A stretch of 64,000 nucleotides of DNA from Epiperipatus broadwayi (GCA_028023455.1 JAQFVV010000004.1:1488001-1552000); one strand, 5' to 3'. Positions 25,630 to 38,510 are shown, numbered from the stretch's first letter. Notes: generated by a model from the letters alone, not told the origin. Translations and numbers: made by a program.

Positions 25630-26010
25630 CAAGTAACATTCTAAAGATTATATATTAGTGAATTTCTTATGGGATGTCTAACAAATCTATTTTTCCAACT
25701 ACAGGAGTAAAACTAATTGGATTTTATCTTTCTAGACTCTCTATCTTATCAATAAATCCAGGACTACCCATAGTCATTGTAATCATCTGTTTTATAAATG
25801 GAATCCAATAATCATTGACTTATATGGATGTAGTAAAATATTACTTCAAGCTTTATGTTGACATATTTTTACAGTTAATGTCTCAAATTTGTAGATATAG
25901 TAGTAGAATGGAGAGACTTGATAAAGCCATTAAAGAATGTATTTGCTGTGATTGGAATTTCCACAGGTTTCTTTGTGATATTTCCTCATGCTAAATAATA
26001 TATAAATGAA
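25630..26010 (-). mobile_element. CR1/L2-like LINE RT fragment
   Basis: LER*NPISFTPVVGKI resembles NYRPISLTSV.GKI; decayed. Confidence 0.4.
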
Positions 26011-26511
26011 AAATTATCATTTGCTTATATTTTCAGTTATTTTTACACTACACTACGGCCATCAGCAATCATTGAGAATAGAATAAATAGCACTGTTTAT
26101 GTCATCTATATAAGTCCATTGAAAATGACTATAAAGAAAATGATTTAAGGTAAACTTAGTTTATTATTGATATATTTGGTAAGTTTATAAATAAGTATAA
26201 TCAAAATAAAATTTAATTTAGGAGTGAATGAACCCAGTTGATTAAATTGGGATTTTGTTGCTATTTTTCTTGACTAGGAGTCAATCCAGAAACTTTAGTT
26301 CCATAGCTGTAAAATTTATAACAAACTTTTTTTCTTATTAGAACAATTTTTATACTCCATGGAAAAATACTTTTTTCTTTATTTATTTACTCAAGAATAT
26401 ACTAAGATCATTCATATTGAAATCTTTACAATACTGGAATTTTTACTATTATAACAAGTAGAGATAAGTAGAATATTGTAATTATTTATTTTAATTTAAT
26501 ACTTAATATTT

Positions 26512-26859
26512 GACATACAGACTTTTCCATATGTGTACCTTAAATGTAAATATAAGGGGCTTTGAACTCAGACTTTTACTTAATCTTCAACTCTTCATAC
26601 TATCTCATACCACTGATACACCCCACATGTCTAAAAGATAATTAATCACCAATAGACTATTTTGTGCTAAACCAGCACTCATCAGTTGTAGAGATAATAA
26701 TCTGGACCAACTGATGAGTGCTGGTTTAGGACAAAATACATATATTGGTGATTATTTATCCTTTAGACATATGTGGGGTCAGGTATATCAGTGGTATGAG
26801 ATAGCATGAAGAGTTGAACATTGAATGAAAGTCTGAGTTCAAAGCCCCTTACATTTAAT
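26512..26859. mobile_element. Family B palindrome with two opposed HHRs
   Basis: Arms ~26541-26688 / 26708-26858, tail on the left, AT-rich TSD TTAATATTT (26503-26511 / 26860-26868). Confidence 0.88.
26698..26754 (+). ncRNA. Type I hammerhead ribozyme, family B (G12A decayed)
   Basis: TAATC-TGG-ACCAA-CTGATGA-GTGCT-GGTTT-AGGAC-AAAA-TACATA-TA|TTGGT-GATTA. The cross-copy consensus is ...AGCAC-GAAA-TACGTA-TA|, with a 5-bp stem II and palindromic TACGTA. Confidence 0.75.
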
Positions 26860-27298
26860 TTAATATTTTTTCTGCAATTGTAAATACGATAAGTAGTGTG
26901 GGTATATCTTGTAATATAAATTTTAATCTTAAGTTATTTTAATTCAAAGTCTTATCAAGTTGCCACAACACGTGTTACAGTATTAAAAATAACTTCTTTA
27001 TAGAAAAATATTTCCATCTATAAAATAAATATAACTTATTTTCTAAAGTGTAAACTATTTGTTTTAGTTAGAATTATTAAAGCTGAAGTGATACTTTTTA
27101 TATTAATAAAAACATTGCACAGCTTTTATAATTATTAGCACACCTATTATCAGAAAAGTTGTTCCAATTAAGGGTTAACATATCAACCTCCATGCCCAAC
27201 ACCTTCTGTTCTACTTGAAATTAGGAATTTTTTTTAGATTTTCAATAAACTTGAATAAAATTCAGCTCAATGTTAACCCAGATAATTATCCAATTCTT

Positions 27299-27830
27299 CA
27301 TCATCATCAACCATTATCAATCTACTGCAGAATGAAGGTCTCTCCAAGTTCAATCCATCTTTTCCTATCTTTATCTTCTTTTCTCCACATCACCCCTGCA
27401 CACTTTCTTATTTCATCTGGGTCTTTTACAATCTCTTGGAATCCAGTTTATATCACCTCTTCTAGCAATATGTCCAGCCCAATTCCACTTCAGTCTTTTA
27501 ATTTCTTCAATGAGGTCAGTAAGACCTGTTTGTTCTCTTACCCATACATTGTGTTTTCAATCTCTTCTTGTTACTCCCAACATGCATCTCTCCATACTTC
27601 TTTGAGTGGTCTGAAGTCTGTATTGCTCTTCCATTAAGTGTCCAAGTCTCAGATCTATAAGTAAGAACTGGCAAAACACATTTATTAAAAACCTTCCTTT
27701 TCAAACACATAGGCATTGTTCCTTTTAGTATCAAGTTATTTCTACCAAAAGCACTCAACCAAGTTTAATTCTATGATTAATTTCATCCATTATGTTTCCA
27801 TCTGTATTAATAATCTGACCAGTGTATTTA
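27299..27830 (-). mobile_element. RTE LINE 3' fragment
   Basis: ...EINHRIKLG*..AFG..KRKVFNKCVLPVLTYRSETWTL..MERCMLG..RW..; ends in a (TGA)n tail. Confidence 0.9.
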
Positions 27831-28561
27831 TTGATCAGTAAATGAGTATTTAGCCACTCTTTTTTACAATGTAAAACACGATATAGAAAACAGAAGCCCT
27901 CATCCACTGGCTTTTAAGTAGTTTGTTAAGTAAGTGTTTCTTTTTCCCTTGTTTTCTCAGAAGAGATACTGGAGATATCTTTGCTCTGTAGTAAATGATT
28001 TAAAGGCTATGTTAATTTTTATTATTTATTATTGCTAACATGATCTATAGAAGTACTTCTGCATTAATAACAGCTATTACTAAATTTAAAGGATTTCCAT
28101 TTTGCCCCCCCCCCCATGAGGAAGAGAGAGAAAAAAACATTCCAATATATTGTAGTTATTTTAGTTATATATAAATTTCTAATTTATAGATATCTTTGCA
28201 ATATGCTTGATTAATCTCTCCCTCATTGAAGATGTCTTATGAGATCTATGTCTGCATATATATAATGTTATTACTGTGTTATAAGTTCAAAATATATTTA
28301 ATTATTAAATATAGTTATTCAGTAGAATATATATATATTATAAGATCTTGATTCAAAAGCATATTTGATTATTTGCTAAAATCAACAAATAATTTTAATT
28401 ATGATCATCTTATGAAGTAGCAATAGTTTTAATAATAATAGTTACTTTTAAAATTAATTTTTAGTTTTTATTATATACTAAGGTGTCATTATATTTACTA
28501 CCTTGTTGCAAATTGAAAATATTTTGCTTATTTTAGAGTTATAAAATTGCAATACATTTAC

Positions 28562-28743
28562 CCGTTGGGTGCGATCACAGGTCGCATCAAATACTATTCC
28601 ATTATCTTGATAGCACTTGCAATATTTGGTACTGAAAACTGATAGCATCATTTCTGCATTTAACACATAGATGCCAGGTAAACAAATTTTACAAATTCTA
28701 TAACAAGAATTTTTGGTATCAGTGCAGTTGCTATTAACATTAT
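28562..28743 (-). CDS. Candidate internal exon of an unidentified Cys-rich protein
   Basis: Acceptor TTTTTTAG, donor GG|GTAAAT, 182-nt open frame (D)NVNSNCTDTKNSCYRICKICLPGIYVLNAEMMLSVFSTKYCKCYQDNGIVFDATCDRTQR, with retained CpGs. Confidence 0.55.
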
Positions 28744-31684
28744 CTAAAAAAATAAGAATATTATATATATTGAGACAATTATGTTTTTCATGGCACATAA
28801 CAACATAATAGTGTTATGTGCATATATAATAAAGTTGAAAGGAAATGTAGAAATAAACACAGACATTAAGGATTAAATAATTTTGAACTTAAAAAAATTA
28901 TTATAAATTAAATATTTAAAAATGTCTAATTAATATTTTATTAATTCTGATTTTGAAATTAAAATATTTTTATGTTGTAATAGACATACTGGTAATTATA
29001 AAATTCCACTATCCATTTTGTTTAAATTAAATTTTTTAAAATTAAAGCTTGTATAACATATTTTGATAAAAATTCCATAAAACTGTTTTTGAAAGAATTA
29101 AGGTAGATTAAAAAGAATCATTAATTTTTTCAATCAAGATAAAGAAAACTTACTTTTAATTACTGTGCTTTTTTTTTACTCTATTCTGACTACAAAAAGA
29201 TTGATAAAAAGATTAGGGGGAATTTTTAAAGTTTTACAATATTAAAATCACTATGAAGATATAACTGAAGGCAAAACATTACAAATCAGCTGCTTCTAGG
29301 GTTATTATGGTAGAGTTTGGATTCACATGGAAGTAAAGAGCCTGTTTTCTATATTCCATAACCCATGTTTACTACATGGCTAGCTTGCCTGAAGTCCATC
29401 AAATGATAGAGACTAAATAGAAATGATTGAAAGTCAGCAGTTACTTGGATTATATCTTTCCCAAAGATGACAATAAACCAATCTATTGTTTTAGTAGGGA
29501 CCAGTTTAGCAAAAAATTATCATGATATATATGCAGTTATGTCAATATGAAAAGAAACACAAATAAAGATACTGTGTTGGGTATGTAATACAGATATCAA
29601 CTGGTTTTAAAGGTAAATAATTTTTGACTAAATTATTCAAGTAAAATTAGAATAATGAAAGAAAATAATAATTGACTATTTCCAGTTTTATTTATTAAAA
29701 GTAAAACTCAGACACTTTCTTTAGTGACAGTGACAATTGTTAAAATCTCTAATTTAAAAGTAAAATAAGTAAATAATTTTTGATTGAATTATAAATCTAA
29801 AAACAAAGGATTGATTCATAGACAATTTTCTTTTGAAAAAAAAAAAAGTAAACTCCAAAAATCATTCTAGATTAGGAAACAAAAAAATTTTCTGGAGTAT
29901 TTTTAAAGATGTTTATAATTAATTAGGAGTAATCTGTTAAAAAAAAAAACTTTTATAAAGAACTGTCAAAGAAGTAATATTATTTTTAAAAAAAAATTAA
30001 AAACAAAACTTTTTGTACTATTAAAAATAATGAATTAATAACTTTAATTCATACTATCTATATATTGTTATATATGCACATATGTGTGCATTTATGTATT
30101 ATTAAAAATGAAGTGATTTTTTTTATAAAAATCTATGACAATTTGAACATGTTAACCTTTTTTCCAGACATGTTTGTGTGCTGATATATGTGTTTTATAT
30201 CAACTTATTATGAGATATTAGTAAATTATAATATGATAACTTATTGTATTAATCAAAATCAGAATGCCAAATTTATATTTGTAGCATACTCAGTGACCTT
30301 AATTTCATTTTATTGTTTCTAATTAATAAATTTATATTTCATTGTTAAAATTATTCCAGTGAATTTAATTAATCCTAGAATAGATATAAAACATTATCTG
30401 TTAGGATTATATCTTTTGATCACAGCAACCAGTATAGATCTTGTGCTTTCTGAGCTGTATTCATGCATAATGATCTGTTATATAAAAGGGGCTTATATTT
30501 AGTGTTATGAACATACAGTTGATGATGATTTCATTACTTGTCCAATGCTGAATGATGTAAAGAGGATATCCTTTAAAGATCATGCACTACATTTTATTTA
30601 GTTTAGTATTTATTAAAAATTGAGTTTATAGTTGGCCAGTACCTTAATAGTACTAAATGGCAAGAGCATTGCTGATGATCAGCATGTTCTAGTATCCAGC
30701 ATTATTTTTTAATTGTTACATTCTTATGGATTATCATTTAAGTTTGTACATCCAAATTATTGTTTAAATAATCTGCCCCAAGCTCACAATGACTAAATAA
30801 TTAGCCTGGTCTATAGTAGATTCATTTCAAATATACTCACAAGATTGGCTGTTGATTTATTTTTATTGTTGATCATTCATGATGATGAATGATTATTATT
30901 TTTGTGTAAAGCTGGTGAACTTAAAGTTATTTATTAGTTCTTTTCTGATCTCTTATGCTCATGTTCATTCCTCATATTTATTCATCATATTCATTTGTAT
31001 ATAAATTTTGTAATACCTGATGATGGTTTTCTATCATCACAGGTTTATTCCTGACAGTCTATAATGTTACAATATGTATATACAAAAGAAAGCTATAATG
31101 TACAATTTCTATTGACAAAAACCAACTTTAATTTTTCTCTGAATACTGCAGATTTAAGCTGAAAAGGGAATGTGTAGGCTGATATTTGAAAATAGGTAAA
31201 GTACTTAGGCAACAGAATACTATAATCAAGTGGTGACAGTCGACTGCCACTGACGATAGTTTATCATTCTCTTAACACACACATACAAACAATTTTAGTT
31301 TAAATGCAATAGAAATTCTACATTAAATGTTTATATTAGCATTTCTTTATGATAAATAGATAAATAATTACATTTATCTGCTTGTAAAATTAGAAACTGA
31401 ATGAAAATTTTCATTCAACTAGAAAGTAAACTTATTATCTAATGAATTCATTAAAAATCGAATACTATAAACAATTCAATAAAAATATTTTATTGCTTTC
31501 CATAATAATAATAATAAAAATTAGTATTCAGTATAAGTGATTTATAATCAATAAATTCATGTTAGAAGATAAATATACGTATATACATTATTATTCTATT
31601 AAGACAGTAAAAAGAAATTTCATTCAGTATTAATAAAAATGCACATTAGTGCAACTAATGATTATGCACACAGATACATGTATA

Positions 31685-32060
31685 TAATCATCATCAATTT
31701 AATTATTATCAATTCATTTCAGAATAATAGTCTATTCAAATTGAATCCAGTTTTTCAAATCCACAATTTTTCTTCTTCACATCATTCCAGCAAACTTCCT
31801 GATCTTATCCATCTATCTTATATTTGTTCTCTCTCTTTTTAGGGCTTTTGGGATCCATTTTAAGTATTCACTGTCTGTTTATTATTATTTCTTTTCTAAT
31901 ATGTTTAACCCAGATCAATTTCAGCCTTTTAATTCTTTTAATATGAATGATATGGTTTGTTCTATCATTTAAATATATTTGCATTCAATCCCTCCTTATT
32001 ACTCCTGACATACCTATTCCCATACTTCATTATGTGGTCTTAGGTCTTTATATAGTTCTT
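31685..32060 (-). mobile_element. Old RTE LINE 3' fragment
   Basis: Degenerate homology to 27299-27830 and 39101-39448, including the CATCATCA end. Confidence 0.55.
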
Positions 32061-32346
32061 CTGTTAAACATGTTTATTGGAAACTTTTTTTTCCAAACAT
32101 AAAACATATTTAATAATTAAATTCTGAATATTTATTCTTAATTGCATATCTGACTAAATTCTATTTATGGTTGTAATTTTTTCTAATTCATGATTAACAA
32201 TCTTGGTTATATTCTGAAAATATTTATTAATTAATTGATTATCTGACCAATTTCTAGGTCTACATCTTGATAGGTTAAAAATTTTAGCATCATGAAAATG
32301 CTTCTAGAGACAAATGTATTTTATAATAACTATACTCAATCCTTTC

Positions 32347-33224
32347 CAAACATTGCAAGCATAAAGCTAAACTAGTCAATAAATAATTAAAATTACCCCA
32401 AATCCAAAATTCAACCAGACTAGCCAAGAAAAAAATAAATAAAAATAAAACACAACCAAAGGTTTCACTGCTACAAACAGACTTCTCAAGTGTAAAGAAA
32501 TACAAAAACTACACCATATATATAATATTAGACATTACCCACAAATCTATTTACTTCCCATCTACTGTTAATATTAAAAGAACTCTTAAATAAGTTAATT
32601 GCTTCAGAATAATAAATTTTCAATAATAAAGATTCTTTAATTCTTCTTTTGATTTTATTTCTCTCAAAGAAGACAACCTTAGCTTCGTCAAAATTGCTTG
32701 AAAAAGGGGTATTACTTTGAATAATTTATTAAATAATATAAAGGAAATTTTTGATACGAGGACTATTCCTGGTGTAGTGTATTTTATCCCTTGTTTTTGT
32801 AAGAAGGTTTACATAGTTCAGAGTAGTTTGAGTTTAAATGAAAGAATAAAGGTTTATAAAAGTAGTTTAGAAATAAATATCTTAGTTCTGTGTATGTCCA
32901 TGAAAAAGATACAGGCCACATTATTTATTTTGATGAAACTAAGATTGTCTTCTTTGAGAGAAATGAAATCAAAAGAAGAATTAAAGAATCTTTATTATTG
33001 AAAATTTATTATTCTGAAGCAATTAACTTATTTAAGAGTTCTTTTAATATTAAGGATAGATGGGAAATAATGGATTTGTGGGTAATGTCTAATATTATAT
33101 ATATGGTGTAGTTTTTATAGTTCTTTACACTTGAGAAGTCTGCTTGTAGCAGTGAAATCTTTGGTTATGTTTTAATTCTTTTTTCTTGGCTAGTCTGGTT
33201 GAATTTTGGATTTGGGGTAATTTT
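32347..33224 (+). mobile_element. 5'-truncated Penelope-like element with inverted 3' end (PLE-1)
   Basis: GIY-YIG fragment 32717-33111 (GVVYFIPCFCKKVYI..S..LNERIK / GHIIYFDETKIVFFERNEIKRRIKESLL..W). Inverted arms 32386-32694 / 32927-33227, tail on the inverted arm, TSD AATCCTTTC (32338-32346 / 33225-33233). Confidence 0.9.
32450..32493 (-). ncRNA. Degenerate HHR in the PLE-1 terminal repeat (mirror copy at 33127-33170, +)
   Basis: ACAC-TTGAGAA-GT-CTG(T/C)T-TGT-AGCAG-T-GAAA-CC-TTT-GG-TT|GTGT: all three stems can form, but the core deviates at C3 and G8. Confidence 0.45.
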
Positions 33225-33372
33225 AATCCTTTCTATAAATTCTTTTAATATATGTTTGTGATCAGTCTGAGTCCAATGTTCACTGTATCCAAGTTGTAAT
33301 TATCTTAATAAGGCTCTTGTATGGACTTGATGAAAGATTGATAAAACTATAATTTTTAACATATTTTTTTCA

Positions 33373-33460
33373 TGTGTCAAAGCATCGGCCGGGAAGCGAA
33401 CCTGTAAACCTGGGACAACTGCTTTTAAGGCAGCTGTGATGACCTCTCAGCCACCAACGT
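33373..33460 (-). mobile_element. tRNA-derived SINE copy 3
   Basis: TGGCTGAGAGGTCA (A box), AGGTTCGCTTCCC (B box), TGCTTTGACACA plus A tail. Confidence 0.8.
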
Positions 33461-33649
33461 TGGACAATTTTTTTAAAATCTTTTTTAGATAAAAAAGTAT
33501 TACATTGTACCAATCATTAAGTATATCTTTCTCAGTTAGACACTTTGTGTATAGATGGGTTTTTTTTTTCAATTTTTCTTTATTTCTTCACTTGGATTTT
33601 TTTTTTAAATATCAGTAATAGTTCAATCATTTCCCTGATTCATTAATTT

Positions 33650-34600
33650 AATTGTATGTCTCACTTCTTCATTATAAATTCCTCACAATTCAGAAGACAT
33701 AATTATAGCTGCCATTTTATTTGTTATAGTTTTTTTATAAAACTCTTTCATATATTTTACATCTTCCCTCTTTTTAGTAATAATGCCATCTTTTCTTTTA
33801 TTACAGAAATACCAAGTTCCTTCCAATATCAGAATGTTCTTTTACAATTTTGAGATTTCAGTTCTCTTCTATAGATTTTCCTGCCAATTCAGTTATATTA
33901 TTTTATATTACATTGAATCTTTTTTATATCATTTTATAGAATTCCAAATATTCAATTCTTTTTAATGAATCATTTTTAAATATTTTCACATAACTTCTTT
34001 TCATCACATATTGTCTTGTCACAGTCGGAAATTTATTGGTAACTTGTTGTTTTTTTTGTACTAACTATTTGTGTAGACATTCTTAATACAGTATTGATTT
34101 AGTTCAAATACAAATTATGAATTTAAACTCATTGGAATATTTTTAAAGAATATGAATATCACTCATTAGTACTCATTTTCTTAGTTTTTGTCTCCAGTTT
34201 TGCAATAACATACACCTCACTAATCAAAGATTACTCTCTGTGTCGAATCTATTAATAATATTTCAGTTTTGAAAGGCATATAATATCCAATTCTTATGTT
34301 ATCTTCATTTGGATGCTTCCATATTATTTCTGCTTAGTATTTTTTCAAAGAAGAAATTCATAATAAACAAAATTTACCTGTAAATTCCATAATCTGTGTC
34401 TTTTCATTTCTGTTTCTATAACCAAATTTATTTATATCACTTTCATGTTTCAGTTCTAGGATTAATTTTAAATTCTCCTATTAAATTTTAAAATGTTGAT
34501 TAGTATGATGCAAAATATGTTGCATATCTGTATAAAGGCAAATTAACACTGATGATGATGATCAAACATTATTGTTTGTTAGCAATACTGCTTTCAGTTT
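33650..34600 (-). mobile_element. RTE LINE AP-endonuclease region, decayed
   Basis: LIGEF(GDFN-like), NKFGYRNRNEK, WKHPN..IGY, SNL*LVRC(SDHRLV-like) in the expected order. Confidence 0.65.
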
Positions 34601-35562
34601 AAAAACTTAACATGCATCTGCAAACACAAATTGAAGTACAGATTTAAAACAAAAAAAATACTAAAACACTTCTTTTCAATATTATGGAAAAAAATAAATA
34701 TATTTAAATTAAAATAAATCCATAAATACTTTAAATGAATTTTAAAGGCCGTTTTTAATAACTTTAAATTGATTATATTTCAGTTGAAGAGATATTGAAA
34801 CCATTGAGTCAATCATAGACAAAAACGCTATACTTACTTCACTAAAGAAATTAATATGGTTTCAAGTTCCTTCCAATAATCATATTAAAAAATTGTTTGT
34901 TGAGTTATTTCTATGACAACCTAGCTTAGTTTAATTACTCATTAATATGTTTTTAAGGAGAAAAAAACTAAGATAAAAAATATTTATTTTATAAAATTTT
35001 AGCTTTATATTAATTTTTTTTTTTTACTTACTTATTATAAAATATTTTATTTACACATATACGTTGAAAAAGGAGTTACTTGGATGAGTATTGCAAATGT
35101 AGTTTATGTGTTTGCAATAAAATTTATTCAATTATTCATGTACTGTGTACAGACATATATATATACATAAACTGGATTCATAACAATACTGCACTACCTA
35201 AGAACTTTTTTTCCTGCAACACATTTGTCGCTCTGAACTGCACAAGATGATATTACTAAGGAATGTTAAATACTTTGCCCAAAAGTATAAGGGATAGTGT
35301 AATCAGGTGATAATACTAGATCATCATTGGTAATAATAATGACCTGTATGCTTTGATGAAAATGTTATATTTCAGAATCTGGATTCAAGAGTAGCAGTTT
35401 AATTCTAACATTTCTGGGGATGAACATTTTATGAATACCCAAAGTAATAAACGATTTACATTTTATTTGTATTAGTAATAATTTGTCCCTTAATATAACT
35501 TATAAGTTCTCAAATTTAGACCTATATGATAAATTTATTGATCTTTTTATAAGATTAAAATA

Positions 35563-36046
35563 TAATATTTAAACAGCATTAAACTGTTACACATGCGCTT
35601 TGGATTTTAACTATAAAATGAATGAATACTAACACTTCAAACCCATGATAAAGTCTTTGAAAAAGATAGAGTGGCCATCTATCTTTTCGAACCCAAACGC
35701 TTTTGTATGGGCAAATCTTAAGTGTTTGAAAGTGAAAGCGTGAAGATATTAAATAATCACTTTAAATTACTTTTACATGCTTGAATGAATGACGCTAGTG
35801 AAATTTACTAGAATTTACAATACGTCATTCTTATTTGAAATTAAATGTATGTAAATTTACATAAGTCAATTATTTTATATAGTGCGATGTTTATAAACTG
35901 TAATATTTAAACTGCATTAACTGTTTGAAGTGTTAGTATTCATTCATTTTACAGTTAAAATCCAAAGCGCATGTGCAACAGTTTAATGCTGTTTAAATAT
36001 TACAGTTTATAAACATTGCGCACTATATAAAATAACTGACTTATTT
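35563..36046. repeat. Nested fold-back containing the family E hairpin
   Basis: 35563-35642 is inverted to 35923-36002, and 35840-35922 is inverted to 35980-36046. The spacer holds AAAAGATAGA-GTGGCCA-TCTATCTTTT. Confidence 0.8.
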
Positions 36047-36169
36047 AAGATTAAGTTATGTGTATTAGGACATAGATTTATTTCTAGTTATATTATTAAT
36101 TTTAAAAAAGTAAAATATAAAAAAAAACAAATGCCAAAATTGATAAAACTTAAAATCACGATCTATTAA

Positions 36170-36365
36170 TACCAAATGCATATTACATATATTCAAATAT
36201 GTGTGTGTGCAAAATGATCTGGACCAATTGATGAGTGCTGATTCAGCATGAAATATATAGATTGGAGATCTTATCTTTTTCACATGTATATGGTCATGTA
36301 TATTAGTTATATAAGATGGAGTGGATAACTGAAGGGAGTTTGAGAATCAATGTTCAAATCCCCTC
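36170..36365 (+). mobile_element. Old family B copy with degenerate HHR (36216-36270)
   Basis: GATCTGGACCAA-TTGATGA-GTGCTG-ATT-CAGCAT-GAAA-TATATAG..TTGGAGATC; 3' end TGTTCAAATCCCC. Confidence 0.7.
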
Positions 36366-36764
36366 TAATTATATATAACTTCAGTATATACATTATACTT
36401 GTGTTTAAAAATTATTTATATACTGAAAATATAGTTTCAATTCAAAAACATTGCTTTAGGATAACAACATTATGAAATTTAAAATATATTGATAAGAATT
36501 ATTTTTTTCCTATGCTTACTCAACACTGGTTTATGTAATAAATATAAGTTTAACAGAGAGTTACATTTCTTAGTTGACTTAAAGAGTTACATTATTTAAA
36601 AATAGAATTGATAAAATAACAAAGAATTTAAAGATCATAAATAAGGGTATATTTTTTAATGATAATGTCATAGCCAAGAAAAAGTGTTTTCTATTTTGTT
36701 AAATATATCTATCAAGGATAAATAGTTTCTTTATTGTCCAGTTTCTTTCTGTAGTTTTATATTT

Positions 36765-36855
36765 AAGTAGATTAAGAGTAGTGGGTTGTGTGAAAGTCTG
36801 AGTTCGAATCCTTCATATATTACATATATAAATGAAGGTTTAAGCCTGTGCAATG
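36765..36855 (+). repeat. Family B 3' end and tail fragment
   Basis: GTGAAAGTCTGAGTTCGAATCC...ATATTACATAT matches the ends at 26829 and 47600. Confidence 0.65.
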
Positions 36856-37128
36856 TATTAATTTAAGTAGATTGTAAGTTATGAAAAAAAAAGGAGAAGG
36901 AATCATAAAGAAAATATTTTTGTCTTGGAGAGAATGTTATAAATTATTAATTGATATCATAATCAATATAAAACATTTGATTGAAGTTGAATCACTTAGG
37001 AAAATGAAATATTAAATAACTTTGGAACAAATGCTAATAATGACATTCCTTCCAAAATTCAAATAAAACAATATAAAGTTAAAGAAAATGTTAGTAGGTT
37101 ATTTTTTTAAAATATATATATATATAGT

Positions 37129-37320
37129 TGTAACAAAATATAAGGAAGGGAATAAATCTTCAATCATGCGCTTTTCGAGAATTTACATGCACTCACCCAT
37201 AAGCATCATTTTAAAAAGTATAAGTGGACTATTTATGCTCTTTAAACATGCTTATGGGTGAAAGCATATAAATTCTTGAAAAGTGCATGACCAAAAATTT
37301 ATTCTCTTCTTTATATTACA
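37129..37320. repeat. Palindrome G (no HHR seen)
   Basis: Arms ~37129-37208 / 37247-37320, e.g. CATGCGCTTTTCGAGAATTTA versus TAAATTCTTGAAAAGTGCATG. Confidence 0.8.
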
Positions 37321-37606
37321 TACATAGTGAAGTGCTATATAAATAGACTATTTATTACAATTGTAATAGAAATAAAAAAAATGTTGTGATTTTTTAGTTG
37401 TTGTAATAAAAATGCTAATAAGTTATTGGGTTTTTTTTTTAAAAAAAAAAGATATTGCTATAAGAATAAGCAAGTTAATCTTTGGTTATAATTAAAAATT
37501 GTTTAAATATGAGAAACAGATAAAATGATGACTTTGAGATGGTTATATGATTAAATGGATTAGCTTTTTAAAGTGGATTCATTAAATTTTATTTAGTATT
37601 ATTTCT

Positions 37607-37870
37607 AAACAGGCAAAACTCTCCATACAGTAGTGCTAACCAGAGTAATCAATGGATGCCAGAAGGCTTGTGCATAAAATCCCATCTAGTGCCTACTCAT
37701 CCAATATCCCCAGACTAGTTTTTGGCTTGTGGCCTTCATCAGTGAGGAGCTTTGGATCTGAGAGCACTGCACCTGGTTGGCACTGAGTGACACTACTGTA
37801 TGAGAGTTTTGCCTGTTTAATAACAGTTATGTGCTAGCATAAGAAATGATGATCAAGTGATGTTTGGTGG
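37607..37870. mobile_element. Family A asymmetric hairpin
   Basis: Long antisense arm 37607-37773 with an HHR at 37699-37757 (G12A), short sense arm plus tail to 37870, TSD TTTAGTATTATTTCT (37592-37606 / 37871-37885). Confidence 0.9.
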
Positions 37871-38510
37871 TTTAGTATTATTTCTTTTAGTATGCTGAAA
37901 AATTAGTTTTATTTAGAACTTTAATCTTACTTAGAAGTTCATCTTTGTTTTGAGATGAATATAGCTCAAGTTGTTATCCATTATCAAGAAATAATAAGGA
38001 AGTTAATCAAAGCATTGTTGGAGATCAAAATAATAAATAAAATAAGATCATTGTGCAAACTGAAAATAATTCTCAATATATATAATAATGTTGAATTTTT
38101 CATCAGCATGTACTAAGTTCACCTGAAACTTCAATTCCTGGAAGAAGTCTTAAACCCAATAATAAATAATATTTATTCTATCTAGAAACAGAACTGTCTT
38201 GAAGGTGCCTGAACTTGAAAATAACCATTGTGAAACTGTCAAGCAAAAATCTATTATTTATAAAAAAATTTAATAAAAAAACTATGATCTATTTAATATA
38301 AGAATACTAGTAATATTAAAAAATTTAATATGTAAGCATACATTTTGAAAAAGCTACCCTATTAATATTATTATTTTTATTTATTTATCTGTATATGGAC
38401 ATAATAAATTCAGTTATCTTGTTAACAAAGTAATTTTTATGAATTTTTTTTGTGTTTAAAAACATTTATGTAATAAGCTAAGAGATTTACTAACTCAGTT
38501 TTAAACTGTA

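Noticed and set aside
27215-27637. Long plus-strand ORFs at 27215 and 38898
   Set aside because: They are antisense shadows of RTE 3' ends.
29270-30900. Coding-like stretches (29.3-29.6 kb, 30.4-30.9 kb; also 17.9-18.8, 51.0-51.3 and 54.6-54.9 kb)
   Set aside because: Probably old TE debris, but no ordered motifs could be identified by eye.
31016-31046. CCTGATGATGG hairpin
   Set aside because: A simple stem-loop with no GAAA; not a hammerhead.
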